From an uncultured virus (IMG/VR IMGVR_UViG_3300031140_000597) (Duplodnaviria; Heunggongvirae; Uroviricota; Caudoviricetes), in IMG/VR virus record IMGVR_UViG_3300031140_000597, positions 55,391 through 75,390 of that record: a stretch of DNA of 20,000 nucleotides. The stretch is one strand, 5' to 3'. The notes below the pieces were generated by a model that saw only the letters and a program-made list of their open reading frames with translations, made no database searches and had not been told where the DNA came from. Positions 6,062 through 15,468 of the stretch are shown here, in pieces. The stretch's first letter is position 1; each line of letters begins with the position of its first letter. A program made the position numbers and the translations under genes.

Positions 6062-6925
6062 ATGAACTTATTAAAAAATATTGAATTGAAAGAAATTCAA
6101 TCTACTGGTAGACCAGTGATTTTTAAGCACCCATCATTAATCGCCAACTTTCCTGACAGACTAGACAAAGCAAAAACACTATTTGATCAGATGACAGTAC
6201 CAATGTGTGAAAAATATAATAAATTTGATTTTGAAGATGAACATTTCAGAACAGATCATTGGGAAGACGAAGAAGTACCTGATAAGATCTACGCACATCG
6301 CTATGGTGGTCCTGCATTCAGTTATGACATAGATACTATGGTAGGTCCTCAAGATTGGGAAGGTGATGGCGATGCTACCAAAGTAGGCGATCATGTGCTA
6401 AGACGTAAGATTTATCTGTATGATTGGACACGCGAGCGTATGAAAGATGGCAACATACAACCAACCGCAGAAATGGAATATTTCTTGGACTTGCTTGATG
6501 TAGTTAAACCTATATTAGAACATTATAACAAAGAATGTTTATCAGATCAAACAGATAAAGTTAAGTTTTATCTTATTAAGATGATGTTGATCGAGTATAG
6601 CACACCGTGTGCGACAGATGATAATGTAGTAGAGCATAGGAAATTTAACACTGATCGTTTCGGTCCGTCTCATTGCGATGAAGCATTGTTGGGATTGCAC
6701 GTTGGTGAGAGTATTAAAGAAATACAGACACGAAACCATGTTACTGGTGAATGGACTTATTTACCAGATAATGAGACATCACTTCTATTGTTTGGCGAAG
6801 ATGCTGCAAAGAGTGACTGGGACCCGACCTATCATCGTATGATTCACAATCCAAATGGTGGGTCATCAGATTCACGTTATGTGATTCTAATAGATTATCA
6901 AGCACGTTACAAAAATAATGATTAA
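6062..6925 (+). CDS. 2OG-Fe(II) oxygenase-like protein
   Basis: HCD (HxD), distal H (YHRM) and R (SRYV), spaced as in IPNS-like dioxygenases. Confidence 0.6.
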   Translation: MNLLKNIELKEIQSTGRPVIFKHPSLIANFPDRLDKAKTLFDQMTVPMCEKYNKFDFEDEHFRTDHWEDEEVPDKIYAHRYGGPAFSYDIDTMVGPQDWEGDGDATKVGDHVLRRKIYLYDWTRERMKDGNIQPTAEMEYFLDLLDVVKPILEHYNKECLSDQTDKVKFYLIKMMLIEYSTPCATDDNVVEHRKFNTDRFGPSHCDEALLGLHVGESIKEIQTRNHVTGEWTYLPDNETSLLLFGEDAAKSDWDPTYHRMIHNPNGGSSDSRYVILIDYQARYKNND

Positions 6926-6928
6926 GTG

Positions 6929-6957
6929 TTGACAAACAGCCACTTAGTTGATATAAT
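6929..6957 (+). promoter_or_regulatory. sigma70 consensus promoter of clpP
   Basis: TTGACA (6929-6934), 17 bp, TGnTATAAT (6952-6957). Confidence 0.85.
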
Positions 6958-6989
6958 AGTTCATAACCTAAATCGGAGTAGTAAATAAT

Positions 6990-7604
6990 ATGTTAGTACC
7001 AACAGTAGTAGAATCAACAGGACGTGGAGAACGCGCTTATGATATTTATAGTCGCTTGCTTCGTGATCGGATTATTATGCTCAATGGAGAAGTAAACGAT
7101 CACACCGCAAACCTAATCGTAGCACAGATGTTATTTTTGGAATCAGAAAATCCATCAGAAGACATCAATTTTTACATCAATAGTGGCGGTGGTTCTGTCA
7201 CCGCTGGACTTAGTATCTATGATACTATGCAGTATATCAATTCACCAGTGTCTACCATCGTAATGGGACAAGCGTGTTCAATGGGATCATTGTTATCGCA
7301 AGCGGGCGCTCCAGGAAAGCGATTTGTTTTACCTAACAGTCGTACTATGATTCATCGTGTTAGTTCGGGCACTCAGGGTACACGTGGTAGTATTCATGTA
7401 CAAGAACTTGAGTTTGAAGATGCAAAGCGACATATGGATGAGTCAGTTAATTTGAACAATCGTCTTACGCAGTTGTATGTAGATCATAGCAGCAAAGGAA
7501 AATCATTTGATGAGTTTTATGCTACTATGAAGCACGACACTTTCATGTCAGCACCAGAAGCAGTTGAATTTGGTCTTGCTGATAAAGTGATTGCTAAGAT
7601 CTAG
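6990..7604 (+). CDS. clpP: ATP-dependent Clp protease proteolytic subunit
   Basis: [31 protein letters not shown], catalytic Ser (ACSMG), His (MIH), Asp (HDTFM); GGAG RBS. Confidence 0.97.
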   Translation: MLVPTVVESTGRGERAYDIYSRLLRDRIIMLNGEVNDHTANLIVAQMLFLESENPSEDINFYINSGGGSVTAGLSIYDTMQYINSPVSTIVMGQACSMGSLLSQAGAPGKRFVLPNSRTMIHRVSSGTQGTRGSIHVQELEFEDAKRHMDESVNLNNRLTQLYVDHSSKGKSFDEFYATMKHDTFMSAPEAVEFGLADKVIAKI

Positions 7605-7612
7605 ATTGATCA

Positions 7613-7641
7613 GAAGTTGGACAGTCAGTTCAACTTCATTT
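7613..7641 (+). terminator. possible terminator hairpin after clpP
   Basis: 9-bp stem GAAGTTGGA/TTCAACTTC; weak T-tract. Confidence 0.35.
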
Positions 7642-7710
7642 AGTCCCGCCAATGATAAATATGTATATCAGTCATATTATTGTGACATTAATATAAAAGG
7701 AATTTAATCA

Positions 7711-8559
7711 ATGACGTACAGACACGACAACAAAGATCCCAATATGAGTGGATCACAAAAAGCATTAAAATATGACGTAGATGGTGAACCATCATTGCGC
7801 GTAAGCATTAAGGAGACTTCTAATTTGGTTACGCCTGTTGGCTCAAACAAGCCATACTTGCTAGAAGTAGCACAGGGATTAATTCCAGGATACGGTTGCA
7901 ACCACAAGTTTGGTGCAGTGCCCTCTATGAGTAATAACACCCAAGGTAGTGTATGGGATGTTTCTGACACAGTATACCCATTTAACGCATTTGGTGCTGG
8001 TAGTGTTATCAACGTTGAACGTACTAATGCAGCAGATGTAGGTAGTGTAATTAGAATGCAAGGCTTAGATGTAAACTTTAATTTCATCGAAGAAGACATC
8101 CCACTTAATGCGAGAGACCAAGTAGGCACACTGGTATTCATTAGATTAAACAGAGCGTTCATGGTTACTGATGGTGGATCAAACATTGGCGACATTAATT
8201 TTGAAATTGGGGTACCAGGCGGTGTAACGATTGCTCGTATAACAGAAGGTTATGGACAGACGCTTATGGCAGTGTACACAGTGCCTGCAGGCGTAACAGC
8301 ATATTTACTTAATATTTCTGCTACTGCATCAGATGACGCAGATGCCACAATCTCACTATTAAAACGTGAGGCTTCTAGTGACGTTTTTAGAATAATGACA
8401 ACATTTGAATTACAAAAACGTGGCGGCGGATTTACACAAGAGTTCCCTTGTGCACTAACGATCGCAGAAATGACAGACATTGATTTGAGAGTTATTTCAC
8501 GTGCACGTGACAAGCGTTTCACGGGAACATTTGATATGCTATTAGTAGATAATGTATAA
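7711..8559 (+). CDS. hypothetical protein, possibly virion structural
   Basis: 282 aa, beta-rich and G/T/V-rich, GQTLMAVYTVPAG motif; late-promoter-like ATAAATA at 7655 and AAGGA RBS. Confidence 0.7.
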   Translation: MTYRHDNKDPNMSGSQKALKYDVDGEPSLRVSIKETSNLVTPVGSNKPYLLEVAQGLIPGYGCNHKFGAVPSMSNNTQGSVWDVSDTVYPFNAFGAGSVINVERTNAADVGSVIRMQGLDVNFNFIEEDIPLNARDQVGTLVFIRLNRAFMVTDGGSNIGDINFEIGVPGGVTIARITEGYGQTLMAVYTVPAGVTAYLLNISATASDDADATISLLKREASSDVFRIMTTFELQKRGGGFTQEFPCALTIAEMTDIDLRVISRARDKRFTGTFDMLLVDNV

Positions 8560-8567
8560 ATAAGTAT

Positions 8568-9254
8568 ATGAGATTACATAATTTATTTGAAAACAACAAA
8601 CCAATATTAGATGAGGGTCCAAAAGATCCTCATATCTTTAAATCAGTATTTCTTGCGGGCGGACCAGGTTCTGGTAAAAGTTTTGTAGCAGGTAAATTAC
8701 TTAAAGGCGGCGGTCTTAAAGTAGTTAATTCTGATGATATTTACGAATACTTAATGAAACAGCAGAACTTAGAAATGGACCCAGAGACTATTTTTAGTCC
8801 TCAAGGTCAAGCAATTCGTGATAAAGCGAAAGGTCTAACAGGCATCCGTCAAGGCGGATTTCTAGATGGTCGTTTAGGTCTTGTTGTAGACGGAACTGGT
8901 AAAGATACTGGTAAAGTAAAAAAGGAAAGTGATAAACTACGTGATTTAGGTTATGATACGATGATGGTATTCGTTAATACTAGTTTAGAAGTAGCACAAG
9001 CGCGAAATCAAGCACGATCTAGAAAACTTGCACCAGAAGTAGTTGAGGCGATGTGGAATAAAGTTCAACAGAACATAATGAAATTCCAGCAAATCTTTGG
9101 CTCGGCGAACTTCCATGTTATTGATAATTCTGGTGGATTAGAAGACCCAGATAGAGCAGAGAATTTCGATACCGTATATAAAGAAATACAAAAGTTTATT
9201 AATACACCACCATCAAGTCATATTGCTAAAAAATGGCTAGATAATAATAAATAA
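8568..9254 (+). CDS. P-loop kinase (AAA_33/zeta-toxin-like)
   Basis: Walker A GGPGSGKS, NSDD, VVDGTG, RNQAR.R lid motif. Confidence 0.85.
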   Translation: MRLHNLFENNKPILDEGPKDPHIFKSVFLAGGPGSGKSFVAGKLLKGGGLKVVNSDDIYEYLMKQQNLEMDPETIFSPQGQAIRDKAKGLTGIRQGGFLDGRLGLVVDGTGKDTGKVKKESDKLRDLGYDTMMVFVNTSLEVAQARNQARSRKLAPEVVEAMWNKVQQNIMKFQQIFGSANFHVIDNSGGLEDPDRAENFDTVYKEIQKFINTPPSSHIAKKWLDNNK

Positions 9255-9287
9255 TTCTATAACATATTAAACCATCTTATAACTAAG

Positions 9288-9326
9288 AACTCATGTATTG
9301 CTAAATATAGATATATGGGTTTTTTT
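9288..9326 (+). terminator. terminator-like hairpin with a late-promoter motif in its loop
   Basis: 11-bp stem AACTCATGTAT/ATATATGGGTT plus T-tract; loop contains CTAAATA. Confidence 0.45.
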
Positions 9327-9358
9327 ATGCCTGTAACATAATAAGAGGAACACATATC

Positions 9359-9703
9359 ATGTATACATATCGTGTTAAATTAGTAAGAGTAATAGACGGT
9401 GACACCATTGATGCAGAAATCGATCTAGGCTTCAATGTGGTGATGAGACAGCGAATTAGATTGTACGGTATAGCGACACCAGCGACTCACACAAAAGATT
9501 TAGAAGAAAAAGAGCGTGGTCTAGCATCAAAGCAGCGCCTGACCGAACTATTACCAAAAGAGTTTACTGTTGAAACAATATTAAACAAGCGTGGAAAGAT
9601 TGGTAGAATAATGGGCATCGTGTATGTAGAAGAATATGATACGTCTATCAATATCAATGATGTAATGGTTGAAGAAGGTCACGCAATTAGGTATAATAAG
9701 TAG
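9359..9703 (+). CDS. thermonuclease (SNase-like) family protein
   Basis: VIDGDT, RIRLYGI.TP, GKIGR.MG, IN..MV.EG.A motifs; GAGGA RBS. Confidence 0.85.
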   Translation: MYTYRVKLVRVIDGDTIDAEIDLGFNVVMRQRIRLYGIATPATHTKDLEEKERGLASKQRLTELLPKEFTVETILNKRGKIGRIMGIVYVEEYDTSININDVMVEEGHAIRYNK

Positions 9704-9713
9704 AGGATAAATT

Positions 9714-11270
9714 ATGAGATATTTTGGTATTTGGACAGTTTTTGTAGCATTAACTATTAGCGTAGTAGCAGCGTATTATTCAATCATTGGACTAGTTGCT
9801 ATATTCGCCGCATCAATGGTTCCTGTCATAATCATGGGCAGTGTATTAGAAGTAGGCAAAATAACAACCGCAGTATGGTTACATAAGTACTGGGATAAAG
9901 CAACATTCTTGATGAAATCTTATTTAACTATTGCTGTACTGTTACTCATGTTTATTACTAGTATGGGTATTTTTGGTTTCCTATCTAAAGCACATATTGA
10001 ACAGACAGCAATGGCTGGTGAAGGTGTAGCACAATTGGAACGTGTGGAAGCAGATATTGCACGAAATCAATCAGTTATCGCTCGTGCAGATGATAAGATG
10101 ATCAAACTAGAATCATCAGATGAAACAATAGATACCAATATTCAAACAAAGATTGCGACAGAAGAAAATCGTATCGCAGGGAAGTCACAGAGATTACAAA
10201 CAGCAATAGCAGAACAAACAGCAGCGATAGAGTTAGCAGTTGCACCGTATATGACACAGCAACAAGCAGCAGACAATGCACTCGCATTAATGAATGGGTT
10301 TGTTCAGAATAATGAAATTAAGAAGATACAAGGATTAATTGGCGAAGTACAAGATGGTTCATATGGAACAAAGACTGCCAATGGAGTGAAGGAATATAGA
10401 AATAACCTACTTGATGAACGTGCGACAGCATTGTCTATTGTCAATGAATTACGAGCAGATACCAGAACTGAAATCGCTAGACTACGTGCAAATTTTGAAC
10501 AACAGGTAGAATCATCGAATGCACTGATTAGTCGAATGACAACTGAACTTAGCGTAGTTGAACGTGTAGACACAGAAGCAGACATAACTGCATTGCAATT
10601 GAAAATTAAGAATTCAGAAGAATCACTTGACAAACTCTATGAAACAAAGTATACTATAGAGACTAAAAGCAGAAAGTTAGAAGCCGAAGTAGGACCTGTT
10701 AAATACATAGCAGCATTAATATATGGTGATGATCCTACTAAAGACACATTGGAAGATGCTGTACGATGGATTATTATGATACTTGTAGTTGTGTTTGATC
10801 CGTTAGCCGTTGTATTAGTAATTGCGGGCATTTCTATTCTTGAGCAAAAGAAAGTGAACGTAGTACGCGATGATCAGGCTGAATACGATAGAGCAAGAGT
10901 ACAGCGTATGGTTGATAATACACCTCATAAAGAAGTGGTGGTTGAGCCAATTGAAGTTGCTGAAAAAGAAACTTCAAAAGTAGAAACAGAATTAGAGCGT
11001 GAGATTCGTGAATTAAATGAACAACGTGAATTAAATGAATCAAGTCGTAGCATACAAAAAGAAGCAAATCAGCAAGCATTATTGCTTGTTAAAGATATAT
11101 CAAATCGCATGATTCAAAGCGGAAGCAATATCACATGTATCAGTGATGTAATAGCATCAGACGATACAGGAACCCTGAAGCAGTTATTAGAGGGTGCTGA
11201 TAAAGACACATTGAATGATGTACAAACTATTATAGCAAACACAATTAATCAAATACAGGAAAGTAAATGA
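9714..11270 (+). CDS. membrane protein with long coiled coil, function unknown
   Basis: Three N-terminal hydrophobic helices, long heptad-rich region, then a further helix (VVFDPLAV). Confidence 0.75.
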   Translation: MRYFGIWTVFVALTISVVAAYYSIIGLVAIFAASMVPVIIMGSVLEVGKITTAVWLHKYWDKATFLMKSYLTIAVLLLMFITSMGIFGFLSKAHIEQTAMAGEGVAQLERVEADIARNQSVIARADDKMIKLESSDETIDTNIQTKIATEENRIAGKSQRLQTAIAEQTAAIELAVAPYMTQQQAADNALALMNGFVQNNEIKKIQGLIGEVQDGSYGTKTANGVKEYRNNLLDERATALSIVNELRADTRTEIARLRANFEQQVESSNALISRMTTELSVVERVDTEADITALQLKIKNSEESLDKLYETKYTIETKSRKLEAEVGPVKYIAALIYGDDPTKDTLEDAVRWIIMILVVVFDPLAVVLVIAGISILEQKKVNVVRDDQAEYDRARVQRMVDNTPHKEVVVEPIEVAEKETSKVETELEREIRELNEQRELNESSRSIQKEANQQALLLVKDISNRMIQSGSNITCISDVIASDDTGTLKQLLEGADKDTLNDVQTIIANTINQIQESK

Positions 11271-11710
11271 AGCAAGACAACAGTAGTTATACAATAACAA
11301 ATCCTGATCTATTTTTAACAAATGATGGGATTTCTGTATTAATCACGAGTACTAACAAAGAATTCATTGACGAAGTAAAATTAATAGTAGAGCATCACAT
11401 TGAACATAGTATTGTGTTTAATGTGCAGCCTTCTAGCACCACCGAAACAGGTGTTCCCTGGATGTGGTATGTGAGTCGTGCAGTTGACATTATGTTTGTT
11501 GATTTAGACACATGTGCTTGGGTAGACATTTGTACTGCATTGACAAAAGAACAGGATGATAATCATGTTGTTGTGTTTTTTAGTGACAGGAACAAAAAAC
11601 GCGATGCTATTAAATTGATAAATGCAACGAGTAAGTATATTATACTGAAAGATATTAAAGAGATCAGTGCATACATGGAAACACATGTTCAACTGTCTGC
11701 TCCTTTATGA
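11267..11710 (+). CDS. hypothetical protein
   Basis: 147-aa ORF with ATGA overlaps on both sides. Confidence 0.75.
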   Translation: MKQDNSSYTITNPDLFLTNDGISVLITSTNKEFIDEVKLIVEHHIEHSIVFNVQPSSTTETGVPWMWYVSRAVDIMFVDLDTCAWVDICTALTKEQDDNHVVVFFSDRNKKRDAIKLINATSKYIILKDIKEISAYMETHVQLSAPL

Positions 11711-12936
11711 CAGAAATGTTAAAATGCGCATTTTGTCATAAGACACAAAAGCAAGTTTCTAAGTTACTTGCTGGCATAGACGAGCACATTTATATTTGTA
11801 ATAAATGTGTTCATTTGTCGCACAGCATTTTAGAGAAAGAAGATAAAACAAAAACACTCAAAGATAAGAAACGTAAGTTACGTGATATTTTTGATACTGT
11901 CCCACCTAAACAAGTCCATGAATATTTAAACGAACATGTGATTGGTCAAGAAAAAGTTAAGAAAGGAATTAGTGTAGCAATATACAATCATTGTAAGCGA
12001 ATCTTTAATGACACCACTGTAAAAGTACAAAAATCAAATGTATTACTATTGGGTCCTACAGGTGTTGGTAAAACACTTATTGCACAAACGCTAGCAAGTT
12101 CAATGGATGTGCCATTCGTCATTACAGATGCAACTACGATTACTGAAAGTGGTTATGCTGGAGATGATGCAGAAGTATTGATACATAAGTTATTCCAAAA
12201 TTCTGATTATGATATTGCACGAACCGAGATTGGTATCATCTACGTAGATGAGATAGACAAGAAAGCCAAGCGTAATGACATGGTAAGTTTAAGTCGTGAT
12301 GTATCAGGCGAAGGTGTTCAACAAAGTTTACTGAAACTCATGGAAGGCACCACCATCGCAGTACCTAATAAACATGATAGATCTCCTGAAAAAATAGATA
12401 TAAATACAGAGAACATCTTATTCATTGTGGGCGGTGCTTTTATTGGATTAGAGAAAGTAGTTGAGCAGCGTCTAGGTAAATCAAAAATAGGATTTACTGG
12501 AAAAATGGCAAGCAAAGATTATAATTGGGAAGATGAACTTGAAACGAGTGATCTAGTTCAATATGGTCTAATACCAGAATTCTTAGGAAGATTACCATCA
12601 GTTAATGTATTACATGAATTATCTAAAGATGATTTGGTGCGTGTGTTGACTGAACCGAAAAATAGTATTGTAAAGCAATATCAAGCATTATTTGAATTAG
12701 ATAATGTTAGTTTAGAATTTAAGCCATCTGCATTAAGAGCAATCGCAGAGACTTCTATTAAGCAAGATCTAGGTGCAAGGGGATTACGCAAAATAATCGA
12801 CAATGCACTCATTGATACACAATATGAATTACCCGATCTTGTAAGACAGGGCGTTCAGAAGATTATTATTAGTGAAGAAACTATAACTAGAGGAACAACA
12901 CCACACATGATCAAAGGATCCATAAGTGAAAAATAA
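11707..12936 (+). CDS. clpX: ATP-dependent Clp protease ATP-binding subunit ClpX
   Basis: C4 zinc finger (CAFC..CNKC), GPTGVGKT, YVDEIDK, RDVSGEGVQQ, IGF loop, PEFLGRLP, GARGLR. Confidence 0.97.
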   Translation: MTEMLKCAFCHKTQKQVSKLLAGIDEHIYICNKCVHLSHSILEKEDKTKTLKDKKRKLRDIFDTVPPKQVHEYLNEHVIGQEKVKKGISVAIYNHCKRIFNDTTVKVQKSNVLLLGPTGVGKTLIAQTLASSMDVPFVITDATTITESGYAGDDAEVLIHKLFQNSDYDIARTEIGIIYVDEIDKKAKRNDMVSLSRDVSGEGVQQSLLKLMEGTTIAVPNKHDRSPEKIDINTENILFIVGGAFIGLEKVVEQRLGKSKIGFTGKMASKDYNWEDELETSDLVQYGLIPEFLGRLPSVNVLHELSKDDLVRVLTEPKNSIVKQYQALFELDNVSLEFKPSALRAIAETSIKQDLGARGLRKIIDNALIDTQYELPDLVRQGVQKIIISEETITRGTTPHMIKGSISEK

Positions 12937-13432
12937 AAAACCAATGTTGATGTTTAATCAATTCATAACATTTCGTGAAGTACGTGTCAATTTTGAAGAC
13001 GGCGAAAGTAAAGTACTAAATACAGTAGAGGCATTATCTATCGCAGAAGGTAGAGGACTGGATTTGATTGTTATCAATGAAATTGCAGTTCCACCAGTAT
13101 GTAAGATTGCTGATAAAAATAAGTTTTTGTATGAACAGAAACAAAAACAAAAAGACACTGCAAAAAAGGCAAGAGCCAGTACAGTAGAACATAAAGAAAT
13201 CCGTATGGGTTTGAATATCGAAGAAAATGATATTACTGTTAAATCTAATAAGATTAAAACATTATTGGAAAAGAAATGCAGAGTTACTATTACCGTGACC
13301 TTGAAGGGTCGTGAACGAAGTAAGCAACATATAGCACGTGAACTAATCCAATCTATTGCAGATCGATTAGGTGTTGAGTTGGAATTATTCGGTGCAAGTG
13401 GTAATAGAGTTAGTGCGAAAATAAAAGGTTAA
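12926..13432 (+). CDS. infC: translation initiation factor IF-3
   Basis: EAL..A...GLDLI.I......PPVCKI.D..KF.YE, KEIR....I...D...K, GRE; GTG start with AAGGA RBS. Confidence 0.93.
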   Translation: MKNKKPMLMFNQFITFREVRVNFEDGESKVLNTVEALSIAEGRGLDLIVINEIAVPPVCKIADKNKFLYEQKQKQKDTAKKARASTVEHKEIRMGLNIEENDITVKSNKIKTLLEKKCRVTITVTLKGRERSKQHIARELIQSIADRLGVELELFGASGNRVSAKIKG

Positions 13433-13434
13433 GA

Positions 13435-13677
13435 ATGGCATATAATAGAAATGAGCGTCAAGGTTTGACGGTTGCAGTATACAATGATAACATCGAACAA
13501 GCGTTGCGTAAATTTAAGAAGAAGATGACCACAGACGGTAAACTTCAAGAAGTAAAGGATCGTGCAGAATTTACACCAAAATTTGAAAAGCGTAAAGCAT
13601 CACAAGCAGCAGCAAAGGCACGATTGCGCAAGCAATTGGCACAAGAGAATAATGTTACTAAAAAGCGTTTATTCTAA
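13435..13677 (+). CDS. rpsU: 30S ribosomal protein bS21
   Basis: V.V...NIEQALRKFKKK....G.L.EVK.R..F.P..EKRK; small and basic. Confidence 0.9.
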   Translation: MAYNRNERQGLTVAVYNDNIEQALRKFKKKMTTDGKLQEVKDRAEFTPKFEKRKASQAAAKARLRKQLAQENNVTKKRLF

Positions 13678-13704
13678 ATAGACAACTGGTAACTTTACAC
13701 TAAC

Positions 13705-13729
13705 AAAGGAGCATTAAATGCTCCTTTTT
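13705..13729 (+). terminator. rho-independent terminator after rpsU
   Basis: AAAGGAGCAT-TAA-ATGCTCCTTT followed by further Ts. Confidence 0.85.
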
Positions 13730-13731
13730 GC

Positions 13732-13760
13732 TTGCTTTATTATTAATTCCGTAGTATAAT
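13732..13760 (+). promoter_or_regulatory. sigma70-type promoter of clpS
   Basis: TTGCTT (13732-13737), 17 bp, TATAAT (13755-13760). Confidence 0.7.
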
Positions 13761-13787
13761 ATATGTTAACCAATAAAGGAAATACCA

Positions 13788-14096
13788 ATGACACAATCAT
13801 CAGCATCAACATCATCCGAACTAACACACACACGACTACGTGGCCCATCAAAGTATAATGTTATCTTTTTAAATGATGACGCAACCTCTATGGAATTTGT
13901 TATTTCGGTACTAACTGCTATCTTTCATAAAGATGCAACAGAAGCACAAGAAGTAGCAACACACATTCACGAGAAAGGGAAAGCAATCGCTGGAACCTAT
14001 ATCTACGAAGTTGCAGAACAAAAAGTAACCGAGACTGTATCTAATGCCCGAACCGCAGGGTTTCCACTGTCATTGACATTGGAAGAAGTTGAATAA
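13788..14096 (+). CDS. clpS: Clp protease adaptor ClpS
   Basis: P..Y.V.FLNDD.T.MEFV..VL...F, IH..GKA..G.Y..EVAE.K, FPL. Confidence 0.95.
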   Translation: MTQSSASTSSELTHTRLRGPSKYNVIFLNDDATSMEFVISVLTAIFHKDATEAQEVATHIHEKGKAIAGTYIYEVAEQKVTETVSNARTAGFPLSLTLEEVE

Positions 14097-14121
14097 AAGA
14101 ATAATACAATAGGAAACAATC

Positions 14122-14580
14122 ATGACCACTATGACTTCGATCTCTGAAATTGTCTCATTTTATAATATACTAATAGGACCTGTGACAACGTTTGAAGGGT
14201 TGCAAGGACGCATGTTATCAAAAATTGAACAGTCTGATGATGAAATTAAATTTTACTTAACTGACACTAATTATGTGCGTATGTACCACCAGCAAGATTG
14301 CTGTGAGTCAGTATATATCGAGGATATCGTAGGTGACTTAGACGACTTGGTAGGCACTCAATTATTGTTAGTTGAGGAAGTGCAAAACTATGAACCATCT
14401 AATGAAACAACGTATGACTCAACCGAAGATCATTATGAACCAGAGAGTGAAACTTGGACATATTACCGTTTTAACACTGAAAAAGGTGATGTATCTATTC
14501 GTTGGTGTGGAAGCAGTAATGGTTATTACTCAGAAAGTGTAGATATTGAAGTTATCGACGAAAAAACACTTGACAAGTAA
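14122..14580 (+). CDS. hypothetical phage protein
   Basis: Acidic 152-aa ORF with HQQDCCESVYIEDI.GDL and SNGYYSE motifs; exact start uncertain. Confidence 0.75.
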   Translation: MTTMTSISEIVSFYNILIGPVTTFEGLQGRMLSKIEQSDDEIKFYLTDTNYVRMYHQQDCCESVYIEDIVGDLDDLVGTQLLLVEEVQNYEPSNETTYDSTEDHYEPESETWTYYRFNTEKGDVSIRWCGSSNGYYSESVDIEVIDEKTLDK

Positions 14581-14598
14581 GAAGCCTTGGTATATAAT
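14570..14598 (+). promoter_or_regulatory. sigma70 consensus (early) promoter
   Basis: TTGACA (14570-14575), 17 bp, TATAAT (14593-14598). Confidence 0.85.
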
Positions 14599-14632
14599 AG
14601 TTATATAAGTTAATTAAAGCAAGGAAGTTATT

Positions 14633-14998
14633 ATGGGTATGTTAGTCAGTGTTTATCGTAGTAATAAATTAGTCGATTGTACAAATGGCGGAGTATCTGC
14701 TAAGTTAGACCGATTCATCGTAGCGAATGTTGAAGGACCGTTTATGTCAGAACCGACTGCAACAGATGTGTTGGTTCTTGTACAAGGTCCGTTAGATAGT
14801 GCACGTTTAATTCCAGCAGTATATAATGACTCAACTGATGCGTGGGAACCTATTAATAAGGCACTAGGTGAATGGGTAATGTTTGGTGGCAATTACGCTG
14901 GTACATCTGATTCACGATTCTGTGAGGCTACTAGTTTTCTCACTGGTGGTACACGACTTGATATTGTTAAAGTATTTGATAGGATTGAGGCTTTTTAA
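14633..14998 (+). CDS. hypothetical phage protein
   Basis: 121 aa with DCTNGGVS and MFGGNY..TSDSRF motifs; AAGGA RBS. Confidence 0.8.
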   Translation: MGMLVSVYRSNKLVDCTNGGVSAKLDRFIVANVEGPFMSEPTATDVLVLVQGPLDSARLIPAVYNDSTDAWEPINKALGEWVMFGGNYAGTSDSRFCEATSFLTGGTRLDIVKVFDRIEAF

Positions 14999-15219
14999 TG
15001 GAACAATCATTTAAGAAAGCAGTATGTTATGCATTTCATGGCGAATCTGATGACGCTATTCTTGAAAGCGGATTCGTTGGCGATTTGATAGAAGTACATG
15101 AGTACGCACTAATGCTTGCTGAAAAACTTTATGAAACAGATTATGATTTGCTTGAAGTATACGACTTTGTATATGCATGGTCTAAAAACGACGACATTAA
15201 ATTTCCTTGGGAAACGTAA
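14998..15219 (+). CDS. hypothetical protein
   Basis: 73-aa acidic ORF, TAATG overlap, GAGG RBS. Confidence 0.7.
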   Translation: MEQSFKKAVCYAFHGESDDAILESGFVGDLIEVHEYALMLAEKLYETDYDLLEVYDFVYAWSKNDDIKFPWET

Positions 15220-15236
15220 TCAATTACATTAAACCC

Positions 15237-15265
15237 TTGACAAGTAAGGCTTATTGTTATATAAT
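15237..15265 (+). promoter_or_regulatory. sigma70 consensus (early) promoter
   Basis: TTGACA (15237-15242), 17 bp, TATAAT (15260-15265); shares CTTGACAAGTAAG and the downstream AAGGAAGTTAT RBS with the promoter at 14570. Confidence 0.85.
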
Positions 15266-15296
15266 ATTTATATAATTTAATCAAAAGGAAGTTATC

Positions 15297-15440
15297 ATGG
15301 AATTATCAAACGCAGATCTTTTATCATATGTAATGGTTTCAGCAATTCTTACGTATGCACTGTTTTGGATGCCTTATGTTATCATCAAGTCGATGTCGGC
15401 AAAGTGGAAACAAATCACTCAAGGAAAAGTAACAGAATAA
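15297..15440 (+). CDS. small membrane protein (47 aa)
   Basis: MELSNADLLSYVMVSAILTYALFWMPYVIIKSMSAKWKQITQGKVTE*; AAGGA RBS; directly after a promoter; below the ORF-track cutoff. Confidence 0.75.
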   Translation: MELSNADLLSYVMVSAILTYALFWMPYVIIKSMSAKWKQITQGKVTE

Positions 15441-15468
15441 TGTACATTTTAACTCAAGGAATCATTTA

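Noticed and set aside
6990..14096. Bacterial chromosomal origin of clpP, clpX, infC and rpsU
   Set aside because: The usual bacterial contexts (tig-clpP-clpX-lon, thrS-infC-rpmI-rplT, clpS-clpA) are absent, and the genes are mixed with phage-type hypotheticals and late-promoter motifs
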